Shown here in pieces: positions 13,861-26,995 of a DNA stretch of 64,000 bases; position 1 is the stretch's first letter; the number at the start of each line of letters is the position of its first letter. The stretch comes from Camelus ferus (Eukaryota). Made by a program: the position numbers and the translations under genes. The notes under the pieces are model-generated. The model saw nothing but the letters and a program-made list of their open reading frames with translations, ran no database searches and had not been told where the DNA came from. Location: contig NC_045708.1 of the NCBI RefSeq assembly GCF_009834535.1, positions 5,580,001 to 5,644,000 of the forward strand, in the 5' to 3' direction.

Positions 13861-16800
13861 GAGAAAAGAAAAAAGAAAAAAATGGCTAAAGAAATTTGCG
13901 AGTGGTTCACACCGTGAAGGAAAGTAGGGGCCACAACTGTGCCGAGCTGCACCAGGAGCACAAGAGATGAGAAGAACCTATAGCCAGACTTGTGTTAAAA
14001 TTATCAAAAAGGAAATCACCGCTGCGTTACGTAACGAAGATGCCATTATCAGAGGTTCTTAGTGTAAGTGGCCTTTTATCTCCCATCCACCCCCGGGAAC
14101 CTTTGATAATGGCTGTTATATTTAGGGGAAAGAACAGAATGAGGCATAAAGTTCAACTTTAAGTAAAGTCATAGATTATCTAACAAGGAACAAAATATTA
14201 AAAGTATTAAATTTAAAAAGTCATCTTCACCCAATGAGACAAAATGCATGTCATGTATTTGTGTCACAAGTGCTGGTGCCTGGAACCTGGAACTTTGACA
14301 GAAGTGAATGTGTGAAGTTCTCCACCCTATGGGAACCACGCTGGTAAATTTCGAAACAAAAAATTTTTGAAACAAAAGTTCAAATGTTTCTAATTGGTCA
14401 AAGAACAATAAGTAAAAATTCAAATTTGTATACTATTAGGCTGATAATCAGCCGAAAGGCTCTGGTTATACAGAAAACTTCGACTTCCACGGTCTCTTTC
14501 TGCATCTTCACTTACCCTCCAACATCCTGTTACAACGTAAATAAAACACTAGCAAAGGTGCTTGTCAAGACTTACTGATATAAGGTGTTCCTAAAATTAT
14601 TGGATTTCCATAAAAAGAAACCATATAGCGTATCAACTTTCCCCATTACTCTTTTCAACAAATCAAAATCCTGAGAGATAAACACCCACCTCCCTACAAC
14701 CAATCAATGCTGACTAATCCGAATGGAGAAACGTTAAAAAGAGAAGAATTTAAGTAAAGGGTATGAGAGTGGGATGAATTTCAGAAGAATTCTGATCATA
14801 TACTTTAGACAAACTATAATAAAAGGGCCTCCTGGCAACACCTTATTTGGGAGCTTGGAAACTCAACATTCCTTTAAGTCCTAAGGACTGCAAGGCTAAC
14901 CCAGCACCAGATGCTTTAGTGAAGTCCATTTATGAGGAACAAGCAGAAAATCTCTCACAGAAATTCTATAGACTTCATTTTTTAGAATAAAAGAGAGGAA
15001 GATGAAAATAACCCTTAGAGTAGGCTTATCTGCATACTCTGCTCTGCCAACTTCACACCACCAAGTTCTGGGTGATCAAATGTGATCTAGACTTGAACGT
15101 GGTCTATTTACTCAATCATTCAACAAATATTCAGTGCCTCTCTACCATGTATCAGGCTTCAGGCTATATAGCTCAGAAAACATAGATGATTAATACTCGA
15201 TGGTTAACAAATAGTGATATTTATAGATGAGAGATAAAAAAAAACTATTAAGTTATTCGAAGCCTTTAATCCTTTGCTGAAGGAGATGTGGGTGTGCATA
15301 AATAAGTAAGCAAACAAATACATACTCCCTTGAATCTGTAAAAAGCTTAATCCAAATGTCTAACAGCTATCCATATTTCAGGGAATAAAACTGTCCAGGC
15401 AAAGGTGAAATCTTTGCTGCATGATTATAAATTTTACCTACACATAGTGAATATATACATGTTTGGTGTTAGAGAGAGGAAGTAAAACATAAGCAGGCAA
15501 ATAAGTTTCTGAGAAAGAGAAGTCAAAGAGTTTTAATTTTATTAGGAAATGGGAAAAGACACCTGAGCTCAAAGTATGAAATCCAGTATCAATTTAGTAA
15601 AAATACATCAGCATGATATTTTCTAGAAAATCTTAGCCTCAAACTATAAGGTTCTATTGCAATTTCTGGGCATAAATACAAAGGTCTATTTTGTAAAAGA
15701 CCAAATAAACACGAGCACCTCAAGATGGCTGAATTAATCCCATTAGAATAACATGGGCCATTTATATGTTACATAGAAGCAATTATGCTTACAAAGTACA
15801 TGTGAGGCAAATGTATACAGACAAGCCTACTTAAAACTGCACATGAAGAAACATACTTGGTACAGCACACACAGAAACGTTTCTAAGATCTTCCAGAAGG
15901 AGCACCATCGTTTTGTCATATATTATTTAATATATATAACATAAGTTTATTTAAAAAAAACAAATTTTGCATTTATAGGTGTTCACAATTTAAAATAGTA
16001 AAATATAATAAAACACATCTTTGCTGACATATATTAAAGAGTAAGTCCACAGTCACTAAGAATACCCTCCTCTTGCAGTTAGAGATGCCATCATGATTAT
16101 TACATCTTCTTCCTCTGTATCAGTATAAAACTGTTTTTCATGTAAGAAGTAAAAACATAAAAATTACTTTTTAACATGAATGAGCAAACAAAGAAGAACT
16201 GTATATCTGACTATTCCGTAAGTTCACCACTGGATCCAAAGTAATGTCATGTAGCCATTAAAAAATTCGATATTTACATATTAACTACTTCTGTGATTCT
16301 CCATTGAGGCCTCTGCTATTAAGAACGTATGTGGCTCAAGTTTTATATAATCTAGAATCATCTGGACTAAACACTCTGAACAAAAGGTAGAGTTTGCCAG
16401 ACTAGATTAAAAAAGCAAGAAACAAATAACTAAAGTTCACAAGAGAAGTACTTTAAATAAAAGCAAAAAGCAAGATTCAAAGTAAGTAGCTAGCAGAAGA
16501 TACACCACACAGACAACAGGCATAAGAAAGCTAGAGTAGTTGTATTAATACCAGATAAAACCGAGTTCAAGACAAAGAACATTATAAAAAGGGTCACACC
16601 AAAAAGGCAGAAGGGTCAATACACAGAGAAAGATAACTATTATAAATGTTCATGCACCTAATGACACAATTTACATATATATGAAGCAAAAACTAACAGA
16701 AGCAAGAGGAATAACCAAATCCAGATCACTGTTGAAGAGTTTAATACATCTCTCTCAGTAACTAACAACTAGATAAAAGAATTAGTACGATAGAGAAAAC

Positions 16801-17021
16801 CTGAATAATAGTATCAACCACCTTAAAGAAACTGACAATTATAAAACAGTACACCTAATAACTTCAGAATATAAATCCGTTACAAACACACATGAACCAT
16901 TCATCAAAATAAATCACATGCTCAACCAAGAAGCAGATCTCAAAGATCTCAAAAGACTGAAATCTTACTGAGTACTCTCTGACCACAACAGAACTAAATT
17001 AGAAATCAATCCCATTCCAAA

Positions 17022-17112
17022 GGGGGCAGGGAGATGGGGGGGAGAAGGGGGAGAGATGGGGGGGAGATGGGGAGAGGGAGAGAGAGACAGAGACACAGGG
17101 AGAGAGGGAGAG
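17022..17112 (+). repeat. Polypurine (G/GA-rich) low-complexity tract
   Basis: Repeated G runs (gggggcagggagatggggggggagaagggggagagatggggggg...). Confidence 0.9.
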
Positions 17113-17656
17113 ATCTGAAGTCCCTGGCAATTAAACAGTTTAATTCTAAACAATTCATGGGTAAAAAAAGAAATTACACACAAATAAAAAATTGTTTAAT
17201 TTTAACATGATAATGGAAGAATAACACATTAGAATTTGTGATAAAATCAATTATCTAAGACCCCACTTTAGGAAACTAGGGGGGAAAATAAATTAAGCCA
17301 AAATACAGAGAAAAGAAATAATAAAAATAAGATCAGAGATCAATGAAATAGAAAACAAATAAAGAAAATCAATGAAACCAAATGCTACCTCTCTGAAAAA
17401 GATCAATAATGTTGATAAACCTCTATTTAGACTGATTAAAAGGAAACAAATAAGCAATATTAAGAAGAAAAAAAGGTCAAAATTACAGATCTTTATACAC
17501 ATTAAAAGATACTACAGGAATAATTGGAAATTTTTACCAATAAATTTGATAACCCAGATGAAATGGACAAAACATTTAAGAGACAAAGACCAACAGATTA
17601 CCAGTGACACATGATGAAGTATAAAGTCTGAACAGGCCTATATCTATTTGTACTTT

Positions 17657-18176
17657 TGTAACAGAGAACAAACCTGACTCCGTATCGAGTGAATCTATTC
17701 CTTTAGCTTTAACCCTTGTGCTCTGCTGCCTGTGCTTCGTCATGCTGGCTCTACACCTTGTAAAGGAATGTTGCCTAGAGCCTGAAATGTAGATGACAGC
17801 CCCTTACCAAGGCTCTGATCTTTAAAGGTATAACATTTTTCCATTCACAGAGAGGCAAAAAGCTGCAGAACAGAAAATAACAATTGTCTTGTTGGAGGTT
17901 TACAGGAACATCGTGACCAGATGTACGAGAACAGCTACAAGGGCAAAGGATTCTGGCACCAGGAAGTTTGCCACAAACAGCCATATCCCCTCCTCTTTTA
18001 GTATGAAAGAAGCCTGACTCTTAACTCAGGCGAGATGATGGTTCTTTGGGACACCAGTCCACCATCTTCTCAGTCTGCTGGCTTTCCAAATAAAGTTACT
18101 ATTTCTTGCCCCAATGCCTTGTCTCGATTTATTGGCCTGTTGTGCAATTAACAGTATGAGCTTGGACTCAGGAACA
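17657..18176 (+). mobile_element. ERV1-class solo LTR (520 bp) inserted into old L1 ORF2
   Basis: TG...CA termini, AATAAA near the 3' end, exact 4-bp TSD cttt (17653-17656 and 18177-18180); L1 sequence resumes on both sides. Confidence 0.85.
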
Positions 18177-19144
18177 CTTTTAAACTTTCCATTACAAAAA
18201 TTTAGCTCCAGACAGCTTCACTGTGAATTGTATCAGACATTTAACAAAGAAAAAAGATCAATCCTTTATCAACTCTTTAAGGAGGAAAAAAAAAAAAAAA
18301 AAAAAAAAAAGGAGGAGGAAATACTTCTCAACTAATATTCTGAAGTCAGTTTTACTCTGATACAAAAACCAGACAAGAACATTGCAAAGAAAAAAAGACT
18401 ATAGCTCACTATCCCTCATGAACACAAATTTAAAAGTTTTTAACAAAATTATAGCAAATTGAATCCAAAAGTACATAATACCTAATCAGGATTTGATCTA
18501 GGAAGACACAGTTGGTTTAATATTTGAAATTAATCAATGTAATTCACCATACTAACAAATTAAATATAACAACCATAAGATCATCTCATTAGATAGCAAA
18601 TTCAAAGCCCATTCATGGTTTAAAAAAAAAAACCCTCAACAAACTCAGATATAAAAGGAAACATTCTCAACTTGATTACAACAAAAAACACTATACTGTA
18701 CTTAACAATGGAAACTGAGTGTTTTCTCCTTAAGATGAGACAGCAAGCAAGACGTCCATTCTCATCACTTCTATTCCATATTCTACTGGAGGTCCAAGCA
18801 AGTGCAATAAAGCATAAAAAAGAAATCAAACACATAAATCAGGAAGAGGTAAAGCTGTACTTATTTGCAAATAACATGATGGTGCAAACAGAAAATCCTA
18901 AGGAACCAACCAGAAAGCTATTAATGTTGACCTTTGTATTCCTTCAACTCACAAAAATTGACTGTATTTCTACTCTATCAAGGAACATTTAGAAACTGAA
19001 ATTTAAAAATACAATTTTATTAATAATAGAATCTTTAAACAATAATTAATTACCAAATAAACTTTACAAAGTATGTGTAAAACCTATACATTGAAAACTA
19101 CAAAATCTTACTCAAAAAATTAAAGAACTCTTTTTTAAAAATAG

Positions 19145-19170
<26 letters not shown>
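19145..19170. repeat. (AC)n microsatellite
   Basis: Direct read; immediately upstream of the SINE. Confidence 0.95.
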
Positions 19171-19174
<4 letters not shown>

Positions 19175-19176
<2 letters not shown>

Positions 19177-19270
19177 GGGTTTGAGCTCAGTGGCAGAGAG
19201 TATGCTTAGCACACATGAGGTCCTGGGTTCAATCCTCAGCACCACTATTAAAAAAAATAAAAATAAAAAT
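19175..19270 (+). mobile_element. Camelid tRNA-Ala-derived SINE (Vic-1 type)
   Basis: ggggtttgagctcagtggcagagagtatgcttagcacacatgaggtcctgggttcaatcc... plus A-rich tail; inserted in the old L1 ORF2 relic. Confidence 0.9.
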
Positions 19271-21182
19271 GGAGAGACACTATATAATGTTCATGGACTG
19301 GAGGATTCAAATTGTTAAGATGTAAATTCTTCCTAAACTGATCCATAGATTCAATGAAAGCATAGAAATGATCTCTGTAATCATGGGATGCTCAAAGAAA
19401 CGTTCATAAAAGGAAAAGACCCAAACATATACAAGCAGTTGATGTTCAATAAAGGCATCAAGGCAATTAAATGAGAAAAGGTTATTTTCAACAAATGTTG
19501 CTCCAATAACTCGCCATCTGTGTAGAAAAGAATGAACTTTCACCTCTACTTACATCACATACAAAGTTGATTTGAAATGAATGACAGGCCTAAATGTAAT
19601 AACTAAAACATGAAGAAGAAAGCATAGAAATGATCTCTGTAATCATGGGATGCATAATCATGAAAGGAGAATTTTTTTCATAAAGCTTAAACTAACACCC
19701 AATAGAACACAAACTCTTATCAAAGAGTTACTCTGAATATACACATAACGTTTAGGGTATTTTGAATTCAGACATTCACACCTACATCTACCATTGCCAC
19801 TGTCTGCAGTTTCACCAATCTGTAAGTCTCAGTTTCCTCACCTGTAAAATAATCTCAAAGATCCCATCTGGCTGTATCACTAAATGTTCAGAACAAGGAT
19901 TCCTGGTAAAAACAAAAACTCTAAGCATCAAATAGGTGAGAAAGTAAATGGGAATATAAAAAATCATTCACTTCTTTAGAACACAGCATATTTCCAGCAA
20001 GATCATCCAACTTCCAACATACAAAAGACTATTACAACCTTATGTAAAACTCAAAAAACACAACTACACTAGGAATAAAAATCAACTATATCGCTCAGAT
20101 ATCTACCTGTTTTCCCTGAAAGCAAGCCACATAGTAGAAAGATACTCAAATTGGAATCTGTTATCAACTTTCTGGATTGTTGGCATTCAAACAAGTCATC
20201 TGGTCTGAGCCTTGGATTCTTATCTATTTAGAGATTGGAACAGATCATTTTGGAAGTCCCTTCCAACAACAGTGACCTCTCAAGAGAAAAAGAAAAAGGG
20301 TATTTAAATTACATTAGTTAATCATCTGAAGAGCTGCTCAGCCCCATGCTCAGTCTTATGTAAGTATACGTAACCAAGCAGACTCTTTATTAATATATCA
20401 GAAATCCATAACACTTGATGATTACTTCAGATTTAATGATCTCACATAAGCAAACACACAGAGAAGAATTATTTCAAGGAACATTAAGATACATTAATTT
20501 TCCTATACAGCCCTACAGGATATATTCTAAGGTCAAAAAGGAGTGTCCAAAAAAGGAAACTGGTTTCAGTAATTAAACCACTTCCAACAGTTCAAGTGCT
20601 GTTCTGGGCTGTGGTGTACGTCCCAGAACAGAAGCAGATGAGGGCTCACGCGGGATGTCCTGCAGCCAACTCAAGACCCTTATGCTCATGTGTGACATTT
20701 TAGTTTAGCTTTTTTTAAGGATTGTTATTTTTTCAACTTAATTTTGTTTTATAATTATGTGAAATATTTACATGGCTCCAAATCCAAATCTGTAAAAAAC
20801 AAATCTGTTCAAAGAAGTCAAGCTTCTTCTCCATTCCCTCCACACACTTCTGAACACATTAAGGTGAAAAGCATGGGCTCTGGGTTCACATCTCGAGTGA
20901 ACAGCCTGTACTGTGACTTCACTTATGTCCTCGAGTCCACAAGGTGACACTGACAGAGCCTCCTCCTTCCTTACTGACAGTGCTGTGAGGATTAAGTAAG
21001 ATCACTACGCGTGGTGCTCAGCTTTGTGAGATCTCAGTGAAGGTTACCCCTAGCATCAGGCTCCCATCTGAGGCTCCCCGCAATCCTGCAGCCCAGGCAC
21101 AGGTCAGGAGGTGAATCTGGAGGTGCCGCACCACTGGCTGAGGGCAGGGAGCCCTCTGGCCCAGACTGCGACTCATCTTTCA

Positions 21183-21491
<309 letters not shown>

Positions 21492-22452
21492 TTACTATGT
21501 GCGTGAGTAAGCCAGAGTTCTCGGCCCTGCTTCTGGTCTTGTTTAGAAAAAAAATTATTTTAAGTTCCTCTGCAGTTCACGCTTCACTCACTGAGAAAGA
21601 GAAATATGACTTTTATCCAGGTCCATTTGTTACTTCTTTCCGTGCTTTATCAGTCCTCAGATTTTAGATGTGAGGGCATGAATAAAACTATTTGCCATAA
21701 CAGTTAGCTAGATTGCAATCTTTTGAAAAAAGGCTCCAGAAAACATGTAAAGTTAAGTCCTCTGAGACTTTACTTAACTCCTTTCATACCATACAACAAC
21801 TACCTTTAGGTGAACTGAAAGTGGAAAGGAGATGAAAAGAACTCGCAGCAGTCATTCGCCCCCACGTACCTCCACACTGCACTGCTAACCACACAAGAGC
21901 CTGAGCTAAAAGCCAGTCACTGTGTTTTGTTCTAGTGTGTTTGTTGCACGCTGTTGACGCTGCAGGAGGTGAGTCCCAGCAACCACTGCAGACAGGAAGG
22001 TGCTCTGCCTGCACTGTGATGTGTCTGGGACAGATTAAAACTTCTCATTTTGTAGTTCAGGCATTTTCTAAAGGTTAGCAAGTACTCACACAGGTAAGCT
22101 ACAAAAATGTAAAGTTTAGGTCAGGTACCAATAAACAGCCATAAAGTAGAGAAATCTGTAATGGGATTTTAAGATGAGCCAATTACCCAACTGTATTGAG
22201 AAATGTTGACAACTGCACGTATGGCCTAAGATGCTCTCTTTCTGAAGAGTTCTAAAATCTGATGTGAGGCAAACACCAAGAAGAAAAAAGTGACTTTACC
22301 ATGGTAAGCCACTTCTCTCTGGTAGAAAGGATCAGGGTTCTGATTATAGAAGGTATAACAAAGTCAGAGAATTCCCAATATACAAATTTCAGGGGGAAAG
22401 AGGAAGTTTCTGCTAATCAATTCAGAAAGCAGGACGCTGTGGATTCCTATTA

Positions 22453-22599
<147 letters not shown>

Positions 22600-24313
22600 T
22601 TACAATCAAGGCACATTTAAAGAGCTGCCTCAGCAGGCAGGTCTTGGGGATAGATCCAGAAGTGCATTGAGCCTCTTTCCTTAGGTAGCACAGAAATAAG
22701 AGAAAAATCTAGTCACTGAACATGGCCTATTGCAAATTTTAGGATCATTCCACTATGGATGATTTCACAACGGACTGCTTAACCTCTACTTAAGGAGCAG
22801 CAAACTGTCAAAGTAAACCAGTGCAAGCATGGTCCAAAGAGGGAAAAAGAAACGCACATGTGAATAAAAGAAATTATAAAACAAGACATGTCTCAGGAGA
22901 TAACAGCTCCTTGATAAGGAAGGGAAAACCACACACATTTCCAATATAACAAGTTTACCAAGAAACATTTATACAAATAACGAAACCTCACCTCAGGATA
23001 TTTGCTAAAAAACTTCAGTGAACTATCCTACTGAACTAATGGTACTTTCAACTGAGTCAGTAACAATGAGTCAGAGTGACCATCCGAAAAAGCCATGACG
23101 GTCACATTACAAACACAGCTGCACTCAATGATGACAATGGAAATTAGGTAAGTAGTGGCTTCAGGAGGAGAGGACTGCTTGCGACGGGGCAGGAAGGAAC
23201 TTTCTGAGATGACAAATGTTCTGTGTCTTGATATGAACTGTCACAGCAGACTGCACGGTATACGTAAGATACGAATAGGTCCCTATACATAAAGCATGCC
23301 TCAATTTAAAACATTTTTTGAAATATCTGAACACGAGTGCTCAACAACCAAGATTCTAAGGGAACTCCGTTAGAGATTTAAATATCTGCAGCGTTTTCTC
23401 ATCCTTCTCTGCTGGGACGGGGCAAGAGTCAGCAGGCACTCTAACTACCATAACCATCAGAGCCCTGTAAGAAGTCAGCCGTCTGCAAAACACACGTGTT
23501 TTTATTTTCTCAACTTACAAACATGGTCAAATTTAGTCTAATATTTTAAATTAAAAGCTGAAGTTAAAAAGCTCCAGTGTCCGTGGAACCCAGGCAAAAA
23601 ATTTAAATGAATGAAGCAGGCAGAGTGTACAGCCAATAGAAATAAAACAAGAACCACGTATTTCACTTTCAGTATTCTACTGTCCACAGTAAACCCAACC
23701 CTACATCCCAGTTTCAACTGGCCACAACTCCAGTGCTTCGCACCCTGCGGCAGTGGCCCCCGTACTGGGCGTGCAGGTATTAGGTACCAAGGAGCAAAGG
23801 GAATCAGGGTAAAGGGAACAAGGGAACACTGCCATGCAGGAATGAGAACCAGTGTCTGTACATCCTCTAGTTTCTCCCAAAGTCCAGGAATCTTGACTTT
23901 AATGTGAAAGTTCATGGTTTTAAATGTTGGTTATTGAAGTTTTAAAAGCAACTGTATGGCAAGACACAACATTAGCAGGCCACGCAGCTCGCAGGCTGCA
24001 GTCTGCGATCCGCTGCATCGGCTGGCTCTGGTGCCTCCAATGCGTGTTAAGTGCTGACCTCCCTCAAACAAGGATGCTCTTTTTTAATTAGCTCTGCTTG
24101 ATACACATAGCAAAAGTATAAGGATAACATTGAAACACGATAGCTGTTCCTATCAAAAAGTCTTTGACATCTGTACTGAGCTGCTCTTTTCCAGCACAGG
24201 TACAGTGCCCGGTGCAGCAGCTCTCCAATAGCTGTTTGTTACATTAATTAAAAAGGACTATTGCTACAGGAGAGGACTAACCCCTCTAGAGAAAAATAGG
24301 CTAGAAATAAAAT

Positions 24314-24418
24314 GGGGGGGGGGGGTTACAGCTCCAGCACGTGCAAGGTTTGGGTTTAGCCCCCAGTTCCTCCATATCAGTCAAATTACCACCCCCAAAA
24401 TAAAAAACAAACAAAAGT
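24314..24418 (+). mobile_element. Degenerate Vic-1-type SINE with internal deletion and poly-G head
   Basis: Poly-G head, gcacgtgcaaggtttgggtttagcccccagttcctcca, aattaccacccccaaaa tail. Confidence 0.7.
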
Positions 24419-24419
24419 T

Positions 24420-26596
24420 AGTTTACAGAAAAAGAAATGCAAATGGCTCTTAATCATAGAAAAAGATGATCAACCTTGCTGACAAGAGATATGCAAATTA
24501 ATGACAGAGATACAATTTCCCATCTATCAGACTGACATAAATGCCAAAGTGTGACAATGCACAAGGCTGCGTGTTAGCACTCACATGAGCTCCTAGTATG
24601 AATGCAAAGTGGTACAATCTCCATGGAGGGGAATTCTGTCAACCCTCAGGATTATAGGTGCATCTGCCCTCTAAGCCAGCCATCCCCTTCTGGGGATAAC
24701 ATAATAGCCCAAAGACATGTTGGCAAAATAAAAATCTCTGTGTACAAGCTATTCATTGAGGCATTACTTCTGATAGCAAATGACTGGAAGCAACACAAAT
24801 ACCAACGGGAGGGACTGGAAGAATGAACTTCTCCGCCCAGCTAGTGGAGTCCCAGAAGGCTGCAGAAGGAAATGAGGAGGAGCCCTACATATTGCTATGG
24901 AGGGAGCATCAGGATATAGTGTCAAGAAGATAAAAGAAAGGAGGTAAAAGTGTTTACATTATGCTGCCATTTACCTAAGAACAGGGGCGTGGGGAACAAA
25001 AATAAGAATGATAAAACCTTAAGCTAAAAAACACTAAAATAACAATAATCCATCAGAGAGGCAGGGAACGTGTGGAGGAGAAAGGGAAAGAAGGTGAACT
25101 TTCTTTGAATATACCTCATTTGTATGTTTGACTTTGGAGCCAGGTAAACATTTTACATAATTATAAAGGCAAAATTAAGTTTAAAAAACAGCAATCCCTT
25201 AAAAATTCTAAAGCAAAATGAAATAAATGCACCAAACTATGTTTTCAGCTGGTTCCTCTCTAGGAACCATTTCAAGTAACTTCAAAACATATTAATTGGC
25301 CTACAGAGCCTTATATTCCAAGGCCAAAAAACAGGCTTAATAGTAATCTGTTTTCAATAATCATATTGTTCGTAGCAGTGGAGTATTGTTATTCTGAGCT
25401 GCTACAGATGTATTAGAGGATTAAAGCAAATGAATAATTACGCAGGTATCATTTAAAAATTAGTTTTGAGACATGGGAAAAAGAAACAGACGCAGATGAA
25501 AGAACTACTTCATCTATAGGATTAAACGTAAGGCCTAGATAAAATTCTGAATTTGAATTAGAAGTATCAGAAAGAAAACATCACATCTCAAAAGAAAGAA
25601 AAGGAGGGAAAAAGCGTTATCTCCTAATCTGCTCCCTGAAGAGGCCCAGCAACAGTAACCGACCCAGTAAGAATGAATGTCCCAGCAGCCAGTCAAAAGA
25701 CGCCGCTTCCCACTAAGACAATGAGGGCTCCTGTAGAAGGTCAGTCCTAGACCTAGGGCAGGGAGTACACATGATGACACATTAAAAACCATGGCACACC
25801 GGATAAAAGACTCCGCTGAAGACACTGGGGTTGAGTTCACAGGACACAAGACAGCAGGAAGACCAGCCCCCATATGGATGATCTAACCATCAGCAAGAAC
25901 AACTGCAGCTGGCTGCAGGTAATTTTAAGTCCACTGACGACGCTGGAAGGTGGGGAACCAACTCCGCATTTTGAATACTGGTAAAAAGAGGGGAAGATCC
26001 AAGCATTTATCTTGCCTTTCTTATGTATTTCAGTGAATCAAAAGTTGACAAGAGGGAAAGTTGATCAGCTAATAAATGAAGGAATGAGAATTAGTGTCAC
26101 ATTTTTAGAGTGGATCGAAGTAACAACCGTCGGCTCCAGTCACCACGACGCACATGTGCCGGACGGAGCACGCGGCACCGCACACGCGTGTTCCTGCCGG
26201 GGGGCAGGGCACCCAGCTGGAGCGCAATTAACCTCTCAATTTAACTACTAGGTCTCCAGACGTGTCAGGAACAGGGGAACAAGTTTCATGACACATGAAG
26301 ACGCAATCAGTCACCTCCAGACTGCAGCGAACCCCACCAGACAAAACACTCTGCTTCTTCCCATATGTACTGAGAGGGGGAAAATAAAAGAAATGGATAA
26401 ATTAAAAGAGATTTAAGAGACATATCAACCAATTGTAATGCATAGCTCTTATTTAGATTACAGTTTGAACTGTAGAAAAAAGAAAGGGAGGGAGAAAAGG
26501 GAAGCAATCAATGAGGGAATTCTGGACATAGCAGACACTTGAGTATTAAGAAACTGCTTATTTTCATTAGGTGTGATACACTGTGATTCTGGGCTT
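24420..26596 (+). mobile_element. Fragmented L1MC/L1MD-type 3' region
   Basis: aagagatatgcaaattaa, gattaaaagagatttaagagacatatcaaccaattgtaatg and other old L1 3'UTR motifs. Confidence 0.7.
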
Positions 26597-26995
26597 TTTT
26601 TTAAACTTTTTTTTGTTAATTGAAGCATAGTTGGATTTACAATGTTGTGCTAGTTTCTGGCGTATATTATAGTGATTCAGTTATATATATATATTTTTCT
26701 TTTCTTTTCTTTTCCATATTCTTTTTCATTACAGGTTACTACAAGCCACTGAATAGTTCCCTGTGCTATACAGTAGGCTCTTCTTGTTTATCTGTTCTGC
26801 ACATAGTAGTTAGGATCTGCCTATCCCAAACTCCCAGTTTATCTCTTCCTCCCCCTTTCCCCTCTGGTAACCATAAGTTTGTTTTCTGTGTCTGTGAGTC
26901 TCTTTCTGTTTTGTAAGTAAGTTCATCTGTGTCAGTTTTTTAGTTTCCACATATAAGTGATATCGTTTGATATTTGTGTTTCTCTGTGTGATTCT
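26597..26995 (-). mobile_element. 5'-truncated cetartiodactyl-type L1 3' end inserted in an older L1MC
   Basis: ttgaagcatagttggatttacaatgttgtg...ccctgtgctatacagtagg...ccacatataagtgatat; tgtgattctg on both flanks (26582-26591, 26987-26996) as probable TSD. Confidence 0.85.

Larger units (their letters stand above)
16370..19655 (+). mobile_element. Degenerate ancient L1M ORF2 relic (endonuclease to RT region), antisense to RERE
   Basis: A-rich L1 ORF2-like sequence (gaaagctagagtagttgtattaataccagataaaa; cagacagcttcactgtgaattgtatcagacatt; atcaggaagaggtaaagctgtacttatttgcaaataacatgat) with many stops; interrupted by LTR, SINE and a purine tract. Confidence 0.88.

Noticed and set aside
15438-15508. 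71-nt pseudo-exon (ttctctttctcag| ... TAG|gtaaaa)
   Set aside because: Weak donor, frameshifting and pyrimidine-rich body; typical chance pseudo-exon.
16370-19655. L1 ORF2 as an active or domesticated gene
   Set aside because: Frame is broken by many stops, an LTR, a SINE and deletions.
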